DNA of 39,239 nt from assembly GCA_034666765.1 (NCBI GenBank), contig JAXDLF010000024.1, positions 1-39,239 on the forward strand. Direction: 5' to 3'. This document shows positions 25,370 to 34,504 of the stretch, one piece after another; the first letter of the stretch is position 1, and each line of letters starts with the position of its first letter. The notes beneath the pieces were generated by a model. The model was not told the origin of the DNA. It ran no database searches and was given only the letters and a program-made list of their open reading frames with translations. The position numbers and the translations under genes were made by a program. The DNA comes from Chloroflexota bacterium. GTDB taxonomy: Bacteria > Chloroflexota > Limnocylindria > P2-11E.

Positions 25370-25599
25370 TGTTCCTTCCTCCTTCGCTGGACCGTCGCAT
25401 TGTGCTCTCGGGGTATCTTCGGTGTCGAATACCAAACCAGTACAGCGACGAGCGCCATGAAGGTCAGACCAATCACCAGGGCCATGGCGCTCACGACGAA
25501 CTCCGCGGAATCCCGGGGCTCGAAGATGAGAAGTAACAGCGCGACACCAGCGACGAGCACGGCGATGCGGAATCCCGCGCGCAGGATCTGCGGGTCCAC
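25366..25599 (-). CDS. Small two-TM membrane protein of unknown function inside the ABC operon
   Basis: GTG 25599 directly abuts the stop of the ATPase gene and its TGA overlaps the SBP ATG as ATGA. 77 aa with two hydrophobic helices and a basic tail. No family recognised. Confidence 0.5.
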   Translation of the reverse strand: MDPQILRAGFRIAVLVAGVALLLLIFEPRDSAEFVVSAMALVIGLTFMALVAVLVWYSTPKIPREHNATVQRRRKEQ

Positions 25600-26637
25600 C
25601 TACGCAAGCAGCTCCGCGGCCGGCTGGCGCTCGCGGATGGCAACGTGGCAGGCGACTTCCCGGGGGCTGCCTCCCGGCAGCGGCAGCAGCGCCGGGACGA
25701 GGACGTCGCAGAGACCCTCCTCGGCCAGCGGGCAGCGCGGGTGGAACGTGCAGCCGGGCGGCAGCGCGAGCAGGCTCGGCACCTCGGCCGTTTTCAGCAT
25801 CACCCGGTCCTTCGAGCGGGTGATATTCGGGTCCGCTTCGGGGATCGCGGCGATCAGCGCCGCCGAGTACGGATGCGCCGGGTCGGATACGAGCGCTTCG
25901 CTGCGTGCGAGCTCGACCATCCGCCCGAGGTACATCACGCCGATGCGGCCTTCCCGCGCGAAGTAGCGCGCGACCGCCAGGTCATGGGTGATGAGCACGA
26001 TGCTCACGCCCATCTCGTTTCGCAGCCCGAGGAGCAGATTCAACAGTGAGATGCGGATCGATACGTCGACCATCGACACCGCCTCGTCCGCGACGATGAG
26101 CCGCGGATCGACGGTGAGCGCGCGCGCGATCGCGACGCGCTGCCGCTGACCGCCCGAGAGCTGATGCGGGTACTTGCCGAGGAAGTCGTCCGGCGGCGTC
26201 AGGCCGACGACCTGCAGCAGGTGGCGGACGCGATTCACCGCGTCGCGGTTGCCCTTGGCCTTCTTGTGCCGGTAGATCGGCGCCGAGAGCGTCTGGAAGA
26301 TGGTGCGGGTCGGATTGAGGGACGCGTACGGGTCCTGATGCACGAGCTGCACGGCCCGGCGGAAGGCCGAGAGATCCGTCCCTCTCTTGGCCCACACGTC
26401 CTGGCCTTCGTAGATGAGGCGCCCGCCGGTCGGTCGCAGGATGCCGGCGAGCATGCGTCCCGTCGTGGTCTTCCCGCAGCCACTTTCCCCGACGATGCAG
26501 AGGGCTTCGCCCGCGCCGATCGCGAGCGACACGCTGTCGACAGCGGTGATGACGCCGCCCGGGACCTTGAACGACCGGCTGACGCCATCCAGCTCGATGA
26601 GCGGCCGGCCGACGACGGTCGTGTCGACGACGCTCAT
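25600..26637 (-). CDS. ABC transporter ATP-binding protein (DppF/OppF-like)
   Basis: Walker A GESGCGKTT, signature LSGGQRQRVAIARAL, Walker B LIVADEAVS, C-terminal oligopeptide-type extension. ATG 26637 overlaps the upstream stop as ATGA. Confidence 0.9.
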   Translation of the reverse strand: MSVVDTTVVGRPLIELDGVSRSFKVPGGVITAVDSVSLAIGAGEALCIVGESGCGKTTTGRMLAGILRPTGGRLIYEGQDVWAKRGTDLSAFRRAVQLVHQDPYASLNPTRTIFQTLSAPIYRHKKAKGNRDAVNRVRHLLQVVGLTPPDDFLGKYPHQLSGGQRQRVAIARALTVDPRLIVADEAVSMVDVSIRISLLNLLLGLRNEMGVSIVLITHDLAVARYFAREGRIGVMYLGRMVELARSEALVSDPAHPYSAALIAAIPEADPNITRSKDRVMLKTAEVPSLLALPPGCTFHPRCPLAEEGLCDVLVPALLPLPGGSPREVACHVAIRERQPAAELLA

Positions 26638-27668
26638 GCGGTGGCGATCTTCTCGGCGACCGCGACCTCGGCGTTTCCGACCTGCTCCGCGACCGTCTTC
26701 CAAAGGATGCAGCGCGCGTCGTGATCCGGCATGTCGACCGGCAACAGGTCGGGCTCGCGCTCGGAGCAGGCCGGGATGGCGAGCGGGCACCGCGGCGCGT
26801 ACGTGCAGCCCGGCGGCAGCCGGATGAGGTCGGGTGGTGAGCCGGGGATCGACGCGACGGCGCCCATCGCGCCCGACACCCGCGGGACCGCCCGCAGGAG
26901 TCCGACCGAGTACGGATGGCGCGGGCGATAGAAGAGATCGGTCACCGACGCGCGCTCGACGACCGTGCCCGCGTACATCGTGATCATCCGGTCGGCCAGC
27001 TCCGCCGCGATCGAGAGGTCGTGGGAGATGAAGATCATCGAGAACCCGAGCCGCTTCCTCAAAGTGCCGAGCAGATCGATGATCGAGCGCTGGGTGAGGA
27101 TGTCGAGCGCCGTCGTCGGTTCGTCGAGGATGATCAGCTGTGGCTCGAGCATCAGGCTGAGCGCGATGAGCACGCGCTGCTTCATGCCACCGGAGAGCTC
27201 GTGCGGATACGCCGTGAGCACGCGCTTCGGGTCCAGATGTACGAGGTCCAGAAGCTCCTGCGCCCGCGCGTGGATCTTCTTCGAGTCCTTGAGCCCATGC
27301 GCGCGCGCGGTGTCGGCGAACTGTTCCCAGATGTTGATGACCGGATTGAAGGAGTTGAGCGCCGCCTGGAAGACCATCGCGCACTCGCTCCACCGGTACT
27401 GCCGCAGCTCGTCGTCGGGAAGCGTCCGAATGTCGACGGTCTCCCGGTCGTTCGTGTACAGGATCCGGCCCTTGACGATCTTCGCCGAGCGCGGGGACAG
27501 CCGGATGAGGCTGACCGCGAGAGTCGTCTTTCCCGAGCCGCTCTCGCCGATGATCGCGACGGTCTCGCCCTTGGCGATGTCGAACGACACGTCACGGACC
27601 GCGTGCACCGGCCCGCGGCGGGTGCGGTAGTCGATCGAGAGATCCCGGACCGACAGGATCGGGGTCAT
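26634..27668 (-). CDS. ABC transporter ATP-binding protein (DppD/OppD-like)
   Basis: Walker A GESGSGKTT, signature LSGGMKQRVLIALSL, Walker B LIILDEPTT. Confidence 0.9.
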   Translation of the reverse strand: MTPILSVRDLSIDYRTRRGPVHAVRDVSFDIAKGETVAIIGESGSGKTTLAVSLIRLSPRSAKIVKGRILYTNDRETVDIRTLPDDELRQYRWSECAMVFQAALNSFNPVINIWEQFADTARAHGLKDSKKIHARAQELLDLVHLDPKRVLTAYPHELSGGMKQRVLIALSLMLEPQLIILDEPTTALDILTQRSIIDLLGTLRKRLGFSMIFISHDLSIAAELADRMITMYAGTVVERASVTDLFYRPRHPYSVGLLRAVPRVSGAMGAVASIPGSPPDLIRLPPGCTYAPRCPLAIPACSEREPDLLPVDMPDHDARCILWKTVAEQVGNAEVAVAEKIATA

Positions 27669-28567
27669 GACGAGCGCAGGCGGGGGTTGAAGATGTCCTC
27701 GAGCGCGTTCACGAACAGCACGAGCGACAGCTGCAGCAGGATGATCGCGAGGATCGGGCTGAACACGAACCAGAATGCGTCTTTGAAGTAGAACGCGCCC
27801 TGGGTCTGCGCGAAGTACAGCATCAGCGCCCAGTTCTTCCCGGAGAAGGGGACCAGGCCGAGGATGATGAGCGCGACCTGCGCGTAGATCGCGCCGGTCA
27901 TGGCCAGCACGAAGTGGATCACGATGTAGCTGCGCATGTTCGGCAGGATCTCTCGGAACACGATGTGGATGAGGCCGAGATCGAGGGACCGGGCCGCCTC
28001 GACGTAGTCGCGTTCCTTCAGCGTCAGTACCTGCGCGCGCACCTGCCGCATCAGGCCGGCCCAGCCGAGCAGCGACAGCACCAGCGCGAGGGCCAGGAAG
28101 TTCGTCGGCCGCGCGAGCGCGGAGATGACGATGAGAACGATGAGCGGCGGCACCGTGAGCAGGATGTCGGCGATCGCGACGAGCGCGGCGTCGAAGCGAC
28201 CTCCGATGAGCGCGGAGATCGAGCCCAAGACGGTCGCCACGAGGGTCGTCAGGAACGCGGTGATGAGGGCGACGCTCATGATCTCCTTGCCGCCCTGGAC
28301 GATCTGGTTGAGGACATCCCGCCCGGCGTTGTCGGTGCCGAGCAGGTGCTGGAGCGACGGCGTTTCGTACAGCTGCGTGACGTCGCCGCTCTCCTGATTG
28401 GGAACGAAGAGCGGCGCGACGAACGCGAGGGTCAGGAAGAACAGGATCCCGATGAAGCCGATGAGGCCACTCGGCCGTTTGGACAGCAGGCGCAGGAACT
28501 CGATCGCGCTCTCGAGGGGGCGGGGCAGGGTCCGGTCACCGCGACGCGGCAGTGCGGCGGCGGTCAT
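27665..28567 (-). CDS. ABC transporter permease (DppC/OppC-like)
   Basis: Six hydrophobic segments and an EAA-like loop (YVEAARSLDLG). ATGA overlaps at both ends. Confidence 0.9.
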   Translation of the reverse strand: MTAAALPRRGDRTLPRPLESAIEFLRLLSKRPSGLIGFIGILFFLTLAFVAPLFVPNQESGDVTQLYETPSLQHLLGTDNAGRDVLNQIVQGGKEIMSVALITAFLTTLVATVLGSISALIGGRFDAALVAIADILLTVPPLIVLIVISALARPTNFLALALVLSLLGWAGLMRQVRAQVLTLKERDYVEAARSLDLGLIHIVFREILPNMRSYIVIHFVLAMTGAIYAQVALIILGLVPFSGKNWALMLYFAQTQGAFYFKDAFWFVFSPILAIILLQLSLVLFVNALEDIFNPRLRSS

Positions 28568-29676
28568 GTGCCCGTCGCCCCGCCCGCGCGCCCGATGCGC
28601 GGATCGAGCTTGCTGTAGAGGAGGTCCGCCGCGAGGTTCGCGATGACCACCGACAGCGTGACCATCAGCAGGATGCCCTGCATCACCGGGTAGTCGCGCT
28701 GGGTGACCGCGGCTTGCAGCCGAAGGCCCACACCCTGGTAGACGAAGTACTGCTCGATGAGGATCGATCCACCGATGGCGAGCCCGGCGGTGATCGCCAG
28801 CTGCGTCACCAGTGGCAACACCGCATTGCGTCCGACGTACGCGGTCATGATCCGGCCGTCCGAGAGACCGCGCGCGCGCGCGGCGTTGACGTAGTCCTCC
28901 TCGAGCGCGTTGATGGTCGCGCTCTTCATCCCGAGGATCCAGTGACCCAGCGTCGCGAGGAAGAACACGCTGATCGGCAGTGCCGCGTGGAACAGCACGT
29001 CACCGACGAAGGCGAGCGTGAACCCGGGCTGCATGCCGGGGCTCGTCGCGCCGCGCATCTGCGTGATCGGGACCCACCGCAGCTCGACGCCGAGGACGAT
29101 CACGATCAGGAGCGCGATGAAGTAATTGGGCACGGCGCTGATGATCGATCCGCCAAGGGAGAGGATGTGGTCGATCTTCGTGTTCCGGTTGTAGGCGGCG
29201 AACAGGCCGAGGAACACGCCGATGCTGAAGCTGAGCAGCAATCCGGTCCCCACGGAGAAGAGCGTCCATGGCAGCACGGCCAGGACGATGGCCATCACCG
29301 GCGTGCCCTGGGAGATGAACGAATAGCCGATGTTGCCGTGGGCGAGATTCCCCACGAACGACAGGTACTGCTCGAAGACCGGCTTGTCCAGATCGATGCT
29401 GAAGAGGCTCGCCGCCTGCGCGCGGGCCTCGTCGTACGACATGGCCCCGTCCTTCGTGAGCTCGTCGATCTTGATGTCGATCGGGTTGCCGGGCATCAGG
29501 CGGATGAGGAAGAACGTGATCGTCGTCGTCACGAAGACCGTCAGGAAGGCTTTCAGCAGGGCTTGCGCGATCGGGTGGCGCCAGTAGCCCAGGATGTGGC
29601 GCGCGCGGCTCGCTCGGGGCGTCGTCGGGAACCGTTGCGCGACCAACTTCGTGTCGGCGGGGGTCGTGGCGGCCAC
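28564..29676 (-). CDS. ABC transporter permease (DppB/OppB-like)
   Basis: FLIRLMPGNP N-terminal motif and EAA-like loop (YVNAARARGLS). GTG 29676 lies 9 nt after the HAD stop and gives an extension of roughly 27 aa; TTG 29646 is an alternative. Confidence 0.88.
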   Translation of the reverse strand: MAATTPADTKLVAQRFPTTPRASRARHILGYWRHPIAQALLKAFLTVFVTTTITFFLIRLMPGNPIDIKIDELTKDGAMSYDEARAQAASLFSIDLDKPVFEQYLSFVGNLAHGNIGYSFISQGTPVMAIVLAVLPWTLFSVGTGLLLSFSIGVFLGLFAAYNRNTKIDHILSLGGSIISAVPNYFIALLIVIVLGVELRWVPITQMRGATSPGMQPGFTLAFVGDVLFHAALPISVFFLATLGHWILGMKSATINALEEDYVNAARARGLSDGRIMTAYVGRNAVLPLVTQLAITAGLAIGGSILIEQYFVYQGVGLRLQAAVTQRDYPVMQGILLMVTLSVVIANLAADLLYSKLDPRIGRAGGATGT

Positions 29677-29685
29677 GCCCGCATC

Positions 29686-30342
29686 CTAGGACGCGTCGAG
29701 CAGCATTTGGAGCGATACCTCGGCGAGCGACGCGAAGCGGTGGTCCGCGCCGGTGAGGTCCATGGCAACGGTGAGCTCGTTCGGCACCACGACGCAGCGC
29801 ATGCCCGCCGCCTGCGCCGCGAGCATGCCGTTACGCGAGTCCTCGAAGGCGATCGCGTCCCCCGGGTCGATGCCCAGGCCGTCGCAGGCGGCGAGGTAGA
29901 GATCCGGCGCAGGTTTCGCCCGAAGCTCTGGATGGTCGCGGCACTGGACGTGATCGAAGAACGATCGGAGGCCGAGGCGCTCGAGGTGGCCGAGGACCCA
30001 CTTCGGCGTTGAGCTCGAGCACACCGCGAGGCGAAGCCCGCCCGACCGCGCCTCGGTGAGCAGCGCGCGGAGACCGGCGGATTCCGGCACCCCGGCGAGG
30101 AGGTCCATCTTGCGCCGGTCCCGCCGGTCCTGGATCGCCTGCCGGTCCTCCCGCGGCCCGATCAACGTCTCGAGATGCGCCAGCGCGTCGAACCAGTTCC
30201 CTTCGCGTCCGATGTACTCGAGCCACAGGTCTTTGGGCAGCTCGTGGCCGAACTCGCGATAGATCTCGACCCACGCCTGGTACGCGGGCATCTCCGTCTC
30301 CAGGATCAGGCCGTCGAAATCGAAGACCAGTGCGCGGATCAC
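29686..30342 (-). CDS. HAD-IA family hydrolase (beta-phosphoglucomutase-like phosphatase)
   Basis: Motif I FDFDGLILETE, motif II VCSSS, motif IV FEDSRNG. GTG start overlaps the folC stop as GTGA. Confidence 0.85.
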   Translation of the reverse strand: MIRALVFDFDGLILETEMPAYQAWVEIYREFGHELPKDLWLEYIGREGNWFDALAHLETLIGPREDRQAIQDRRDRRKMDLLAGVPESAGLRALLTEARSGGLRLAVCSSSTPKWVLGHLERLGLRSFFDHVQCRDHPELRAKPAPDLYLAACDGLGIDPGDAIAFEDSRNGMLAAQAAGMRCVVVPNELTVAMDLTGADHRFASLAEVSLQMLLDAS

Positions 30343-31637
30343 CACCAGCGCTCCGATGGCGGGAGACCGAGGGCCGTGCGCGCGTCCGCGGCGAGGGCGA
30401 GCGATCCGGCCACGCACACCAGGCCATCGGGACCCGCCGCCGCGCGCGCGGCCGCGAGCGCGGCCGGCACGCCGGTCGCGGTGGTGACGGGCGCGCGCGC
30501 GGCGCGTGCCGCGGCGCGCGCGACATCCGCGGGATCCGCGGCGCGCGGGCTCGTCGAGCGTGTCGCGATCACCGCGGAGGCGAGCCGCGCCAACGGCCCG
30601 ATGACCGCGCGCGCGTCCTTGTCCCGGTTGATCCCGACGACGACGACCAGCCGCCGGCCGCCGCGCTCCTGGCGGAGCGCGCGCGCGAGGGCTTCCGCGG
30701 AGGCACCGTTGTGGGCCCCGTCGAGGACGATCGCGGGACGGCCGCGGATGCGCTCGAACCGCGCGGGCCATGTCGCGGTGCGGAGCCCGTCGGCGATCGC
30801 GCGGTCGCCGATCCCGAGAGCCCGGGCGGCGGCGGCGGCGAGACCCGCGTTCTGCCGCTGGTGATCGCCGCCCAGCCCGAGATCGGCGTGCACGCCGAGT
30901 GGCCGGACGACGCCGTACGCCGCGCCGTTCGCCCGGCTGACGCGTTCGATCGCGCGCGCCGCCGCGGGCCGTTGCACGGCGACGAGCGCCGGACGTCCAC
31001 GCCTGACGATGCCCGCCTTCTCGGTCGCGATCGCGCCGAGCGTCCGCCCGAGGATGGCCGTGTGGTCGTAGCTGATGGACGTGATGACCGAAACCTCCGG
31101 ATCGAGCGCGTTCGTCGCGTCGAGGCGGCCACCGAGCCCCACTTCGACGACGGCGACCGCGCACCCTCGTTCGGCGAACGCGCGGATCCCGAGCAGCAGC
31201 GTCAGCTCGAACGCCGTGGGCTCGCCGGCGTCCGGATGGTCGCGGCGGAGCCGCGCGACGAGCGGGCGCGTCCGGTCGATGGCGCGAGCGAGCTCGGCGT
31301 CGCTCAGCATCGCTCCGTCGATGCGCACGCGCTCGCGGAAGGTCTGCAGGTGTGGCGAGCTGAAGAGGCCCGCGCGGATGCCGGCGGCGTGGAGGATCGA
31401 CACGAGGAACGCGGCGGTCGAGCCCTTGCCTTTCGTGCCGGCGACGAGCACGACGCGCAGGCCGCGGTCCGGCTCGCCCGCGAGCTGCAGCAGCGCGCGC
31501 ATCCGGCCGAGCCGCCAGTGGGCCGCGCGGCCGGCGCGGGGGTTCCAGCCGATCCCGGTTGTCGGATCGGAGAAGCCGAGCAGCCAGGTGAGTGGAGCTG
31601 CGCGCATGGACCCGCCGATTGTGCCGCGCCATACCAT
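30339..31637 (-). CDS. folC: Bifunctional folylpolyglutamate synthase / dihydrofolate synthase
   Basis: P-loop VAGTKGKGST, SSPHLQTFRERV, VVEVGLGGRLDATN, ITSISYDHTAILG. Start is ATG 31637 or ATG 31607. Confidence 0.9.
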   Translation of the reverse strand: MVWRGTIGGSMRAAPLTWLLGFSDPTTGIGWNPRAGRAAHWRLGRMRALLQLAGEPDRGLRVVLVAGTKGKGSTAAFLVSILHAAGIRAGLFSSPHLQTFRERVRIDGAMLSDAELARAIDRTRPLVARLRRDHPDAGEPTAFELTLLLGIRAFAERGCAVAVVEVGLGGRLDATNALDPEVSVITSISYDHTAILGRTLGAIATEKAGIVRRGRPALVAVQRPAAARAIERVSRANGAAYGVVRPLGVHADLGLGGDHQRQNAGLAAAAARALGIGDRAIADGLRTATWPARFERIRGRPAIVLDGAHNGASAEALARALRQERGGRRLVVVVGINRDKDARAVIGPLARLASAVIATRSTSPRAADPADVARAAARAARAPVTTATGVPAALAAARAAAGPDGLVCVAGSLALAADARTALGLPPSERWW

Positions 31638-31657
31638 CGTTCGTGGAGCAGGGCGGT

Positions 31658-32188
31658 GTGATCGAAGACCTTGACGGTGTGATCGAGCTCCGTCCGTCGT
31701 GGCGGGCGCGCTGGCTGCTGCCCATCGCCGGAGGGTTCCTCCTGGCCGTCGTCCTCGGATCGACCTTCCTGCGGTACACGCCCGCTCCGGTGCGCGTGCT
31801 CCAGGCCGCGGCCCCCGCGACGGGGATCAAGGCCATCGAGCTTCCGCGGGACGTCGGGACCCTGCAGACCAGGCTCCAGTTCTCCGGCGTCACCGGCCTC
31901 ACGAGCATGGCCATGAGCGACGGCTTCCGCGACACCTACCGCCTGGCGGACGGTCGCCTGGCGATCGTCATCGAGTACCCCGACGCGCTGCACGGCGCGA
32001 TCGCGATGCCCTCGACGAGCGGCAACCTCGTCCACGTGATCGTGCGCGGCGCCGCGGGCACGGTCTTCGACACCGCCGCGGCGAGCCAGCCGCGAGCGAT
32101 CGCCTGGGTCGCCGACGGCATGCAGTACCAGGTCGGCGGCGCCTTCTCCACCGATGAGCTCATCGGCCTCGCGGAGCGGCTGCGCTAA
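31658..32188 (+). CDS. Single-pass membrane protein with DUF4367-like extracytoplasmic domain (tentative)
   Basis: TM segment WLLPIAGGFLLAVVLGSTFL. C-terminal IAWVADGMQYQVGGAFSTDELIGLAERL resembles the DUF4367 signature, from memory. Start is GTG 31658 or 31679. Confidence 0.5.
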   Translation: MIEDLDGVIELRPSWRARWLLPIAGGFLLAVVLGSTFLRYTPAPVRVLQAAAPATGIKAIELPRDVGTLQTRLQFSGVTGLTSMAMSDGFRDTYRLADGRLAIVIEYPDALHGAIAMPSTSGNLVHVIVRGAAGTVFDTAAASQPRAIAWVADGMQYQVGGAFSTDELIGLAERLR

Positions 32189-32219
32189 CGTTCGCACCCT
32201 GAGCGGAGGTCGGTGAGAG

Positions 32220-33059
32220 ATGGCCAAGGTGAAAGCGGCGCTCGTCCAGGCCGCGTGGACCGGTGACAAGAGCTCCATGGTGGAGCGGCACGTGCAGCAC
32301 ATCGACGATGCCGCGAAGCAGGGCGCGCAGATCATCTGCCTGCAGGAGCTGTTCTACGGCCCGTACTTCTGCCAGGTCGAGGACACCAAGGGCTACGCCT
32401 ACACCGAGCGCATCCCCGACGGCCCGACCACGAAGCTCCTCCAGGAGCGCGCCAAGAAGCACTCGATGGTGATCATCGCTCCGATGTACGAAGAGGAGCA
32501 GCCCGGGATCTACTACAACACCGCCGCGGTCATCGACGCGGACGGCAGATACCTCGGCAAGTACCGAAAGACCCACATCCCGCACCTGCCGGGCTTCTGG
32601 GAGAAGTTCTACTTCCGTCCCGGCAACATGGGCTACCCGGTCTTCGACACGGCCGTCGGCAAGGTGGGCGTGTACATCTGCTACGACCGGCACTTCCCCG
32701 AAGGGGCGCGGATGCTCGGCCTGCACGGCGCGGAGCTCGTGTTCATCCCGTCGGCGACCTCGCGCGGCCTCTCGATGCACCTCTGGTTCATCGAGCAGAC
32801 CGCACACGCGATCGCCAACGGCTACTGGGTCGGCACGATCAACCGCGTCGGCGTCGAGCGCGAGTTCGGGAAGAACGAGTACTACGGCTCCTCGTACTTC
32901 GCCGATCCGCGTGGGAAGATCGTCGCGCAGGCCTCGGACACGGACGAGCAGCTGCTCGTCGCCGACCTCGACATGGATCTCGTCCGCGAGGTGCGCGACA
33001 CCTGGCAGTTCTACCGCGACCGCCGGCCGGACATGTACGCCGACATCGGAGCCCCGTAG
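32220..33059 (+). CDS. Carbon-nitrogen hydrolase (nitrilase superfamily; beta-ureidopropionase / N-carbamoyl-amine amidase-like)
   Basis: E-K-C triad contexts ICLQELF, YRKTHIP, VYICYDRHFPE. GGAGG RBS upstream of ATG 32220. Confidence 0.88.
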   Translation: MAKVKAALVQAAWTGDKSSMVERHVQHIDDAAKQGAQIICLQELFYGPYFCQVEDTKGYAYTERIPDGPTTKLLQERAKKHSMVIIAPMYEEEQPGIYYNTAAVIDADGRYLGKYRKTHIPHLPGFWEKFYFRPGNMGYPVFDTAVGKVGVYICYDRHFPEGARMLGLHGAELVFIPSATSRGLSMHLWFIEQTAHAIANGYWVGTINRVGVEREFGKNEYYGSSYFADPRGKIVAQASDTDEQLLVADLDMDLVREVRDTWQFYRDRRPDMYADIGAP

Positions 33060-34504
33060 TGGCGGTGCGCCCCGCGCTCAATCACATCGGCGGCGCCTGG
33101 GTCGAGTCGTCGTCGCACGCGACGGTCGAGGACCGCAACCCCGCGCGAACGACCGAGCTCCTCGCCAACGCGGCCGCCTCGACGCCCGCCGACGTCCGCT
33201 ACGCGATCGACGCGGCGGCGCAGGCGTTCCCCGAGTGGCGCGCGACCCCCGCGCCGCAGCGCGGCGACATCGTGCGCAAGGCGGCGGACCTCATGGAGCG
33301 GCGGCGCGATCAGCTTGCGCGCCTGCTGACCCAGGAGGAGGGGAAGGTCCTCGCGGAGTCCCTCGCGGAGGTCGACCGCGCGATCGCGAACGTCCGGTTC
33401 TCGGGCGGTCAGGGCACCCGACTCGCCGGCGAGACGATCCCGTCGGCGCAGCGCGGCACGCTCATCTACACGACCCGGGAGCCGCTCGGCGTCGTCGCCT
33501 GCGTGACGCCGTGGAACTTCCCGATCGCGATCCCGGCATGGAAGATCGCCCCGGCCCTCGTTTCGGGAAACACCGTCGTGTTCAAGCCGGCGTCGCTCAC
33601 GCCGCTGTGCGCGACCGAGGTCGTGCAGTGCTTCCTCGACGCGGGCCTGCCGGACGGCGTCCTCAATCTCATCCTCGGCTCGGGCGAGGCACTGGCCGGC
33701 GCGCTCGTGGACGACGAGCGCATCAAGGCCATCTCGTTCACCGGCTCGTCGGCCGTCGGCCGCGCGCTCTACGCGCGCGCGGCGCAGCGCCTGTGCAGGG
33801 TGCAGCTGGAGATGGGCGGGAAGAACGCGGTCATCGTCCTGGCCGACGCGGACCTCGAGAAGGCCGCCGAGAGCGTGGCCTCGGGCGCGTTCGGCGCCAC
33901 GGGCCAGCGCTGCACCGCGACGAGCCGCGCGGTCGTCGCGAAGCCGCTGCTCGCGGACTTCGTGCGGCTGCTCGGCTCGAAGGCCGACTCGTGGATGCCC
34001 GGCGACGGCCTCGGCGAGGGCGTGAAGATGGGGCCGCTGGTCGACGCCTCGCAGCTGCGGAAAGTGCGGGCGAAGATCGCGGACGGGAAGCGCGAGGGGG
34101 CGACGCTCCTGCGCGACGGTACGGATGCCGGCATCGATGGCGGCTACTTCGTCGCGCCGACCATCTTCACCGAGGTCGATCCGCGGATGAGCGTCGCGCA
34201 GGACGAGATCTTCGGCCCGGTCGTGAGCGTGATCCCGGCGGACGACCTCGAGTCCGCGCTCGCGATGGCGAACGCCGTCGGCTACGGGCTGTCGTCGTCC
34301 ATCTACACGAAGGATCTGCACTCGGCGTTCCGCTACGCCGAGGCGTCGGAGGCCGGGATGCTGCACGTGAACCTCCCGACCTTGGGCGGCGAGGCCCACG
34401 TGCCGTTCGGCGGGGTGAAGGACTCCGGGTTCGGCGACCGCGAGTGCGGGACCGCGGCGTTCGACTTCTTCACCGAGCTCCGGGTGGTGTACGTCGGCTA
34501 CTAG
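33059..34504 (+). CDS. NAD(P)-dependent aldehyde dehydrogenase
   Basis: FTGSSAVGR, LEMGGKNA, GQRCTATSR (catalytic Cys), EIFGPV. GTG start shares one base with the preceding TAG. Confidence 0.9.
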   Translation: MAVRPALNHIGGAWVESSSHATVEDRNPARTTELLANAAASTPADVRYAIDAAAQAFPEWRATPAPQRGDIVRKAADLMERRRDQLARLLTQEEGKVLAESLAEVDRAIANVRFSGGQGTRLAGETIPSAQRGTLIYTTREPLGVVACVTPWNFPIAIPAWKIAPALVSGNTVVFKPASLTPLCATEVVQCFLDAGLPDGVLNLILGSGEALAGALVDDERIKAISFTGSSAVGRALYARAAQRLCRVQLEMGGKNAVIVLADADLEKAAESVASGAFGATGQRCTATSRAVVAKPLLADFVRLLGSKADSWMPGDGLGEGVKMGPLVDASQLRKVRAKIADGKREGATLLRDGTDAGIDGGYFVAPTIFTEVDPRMSVAQDEIFGPVVSVIPADDLESALAMANAVGYGLSSSIYTKDLHSAFRYAEASEAGMLHVNLPTLGGEAHVPFGGVKDSGFGDRECGTAAFDFFTELRVVYVGY

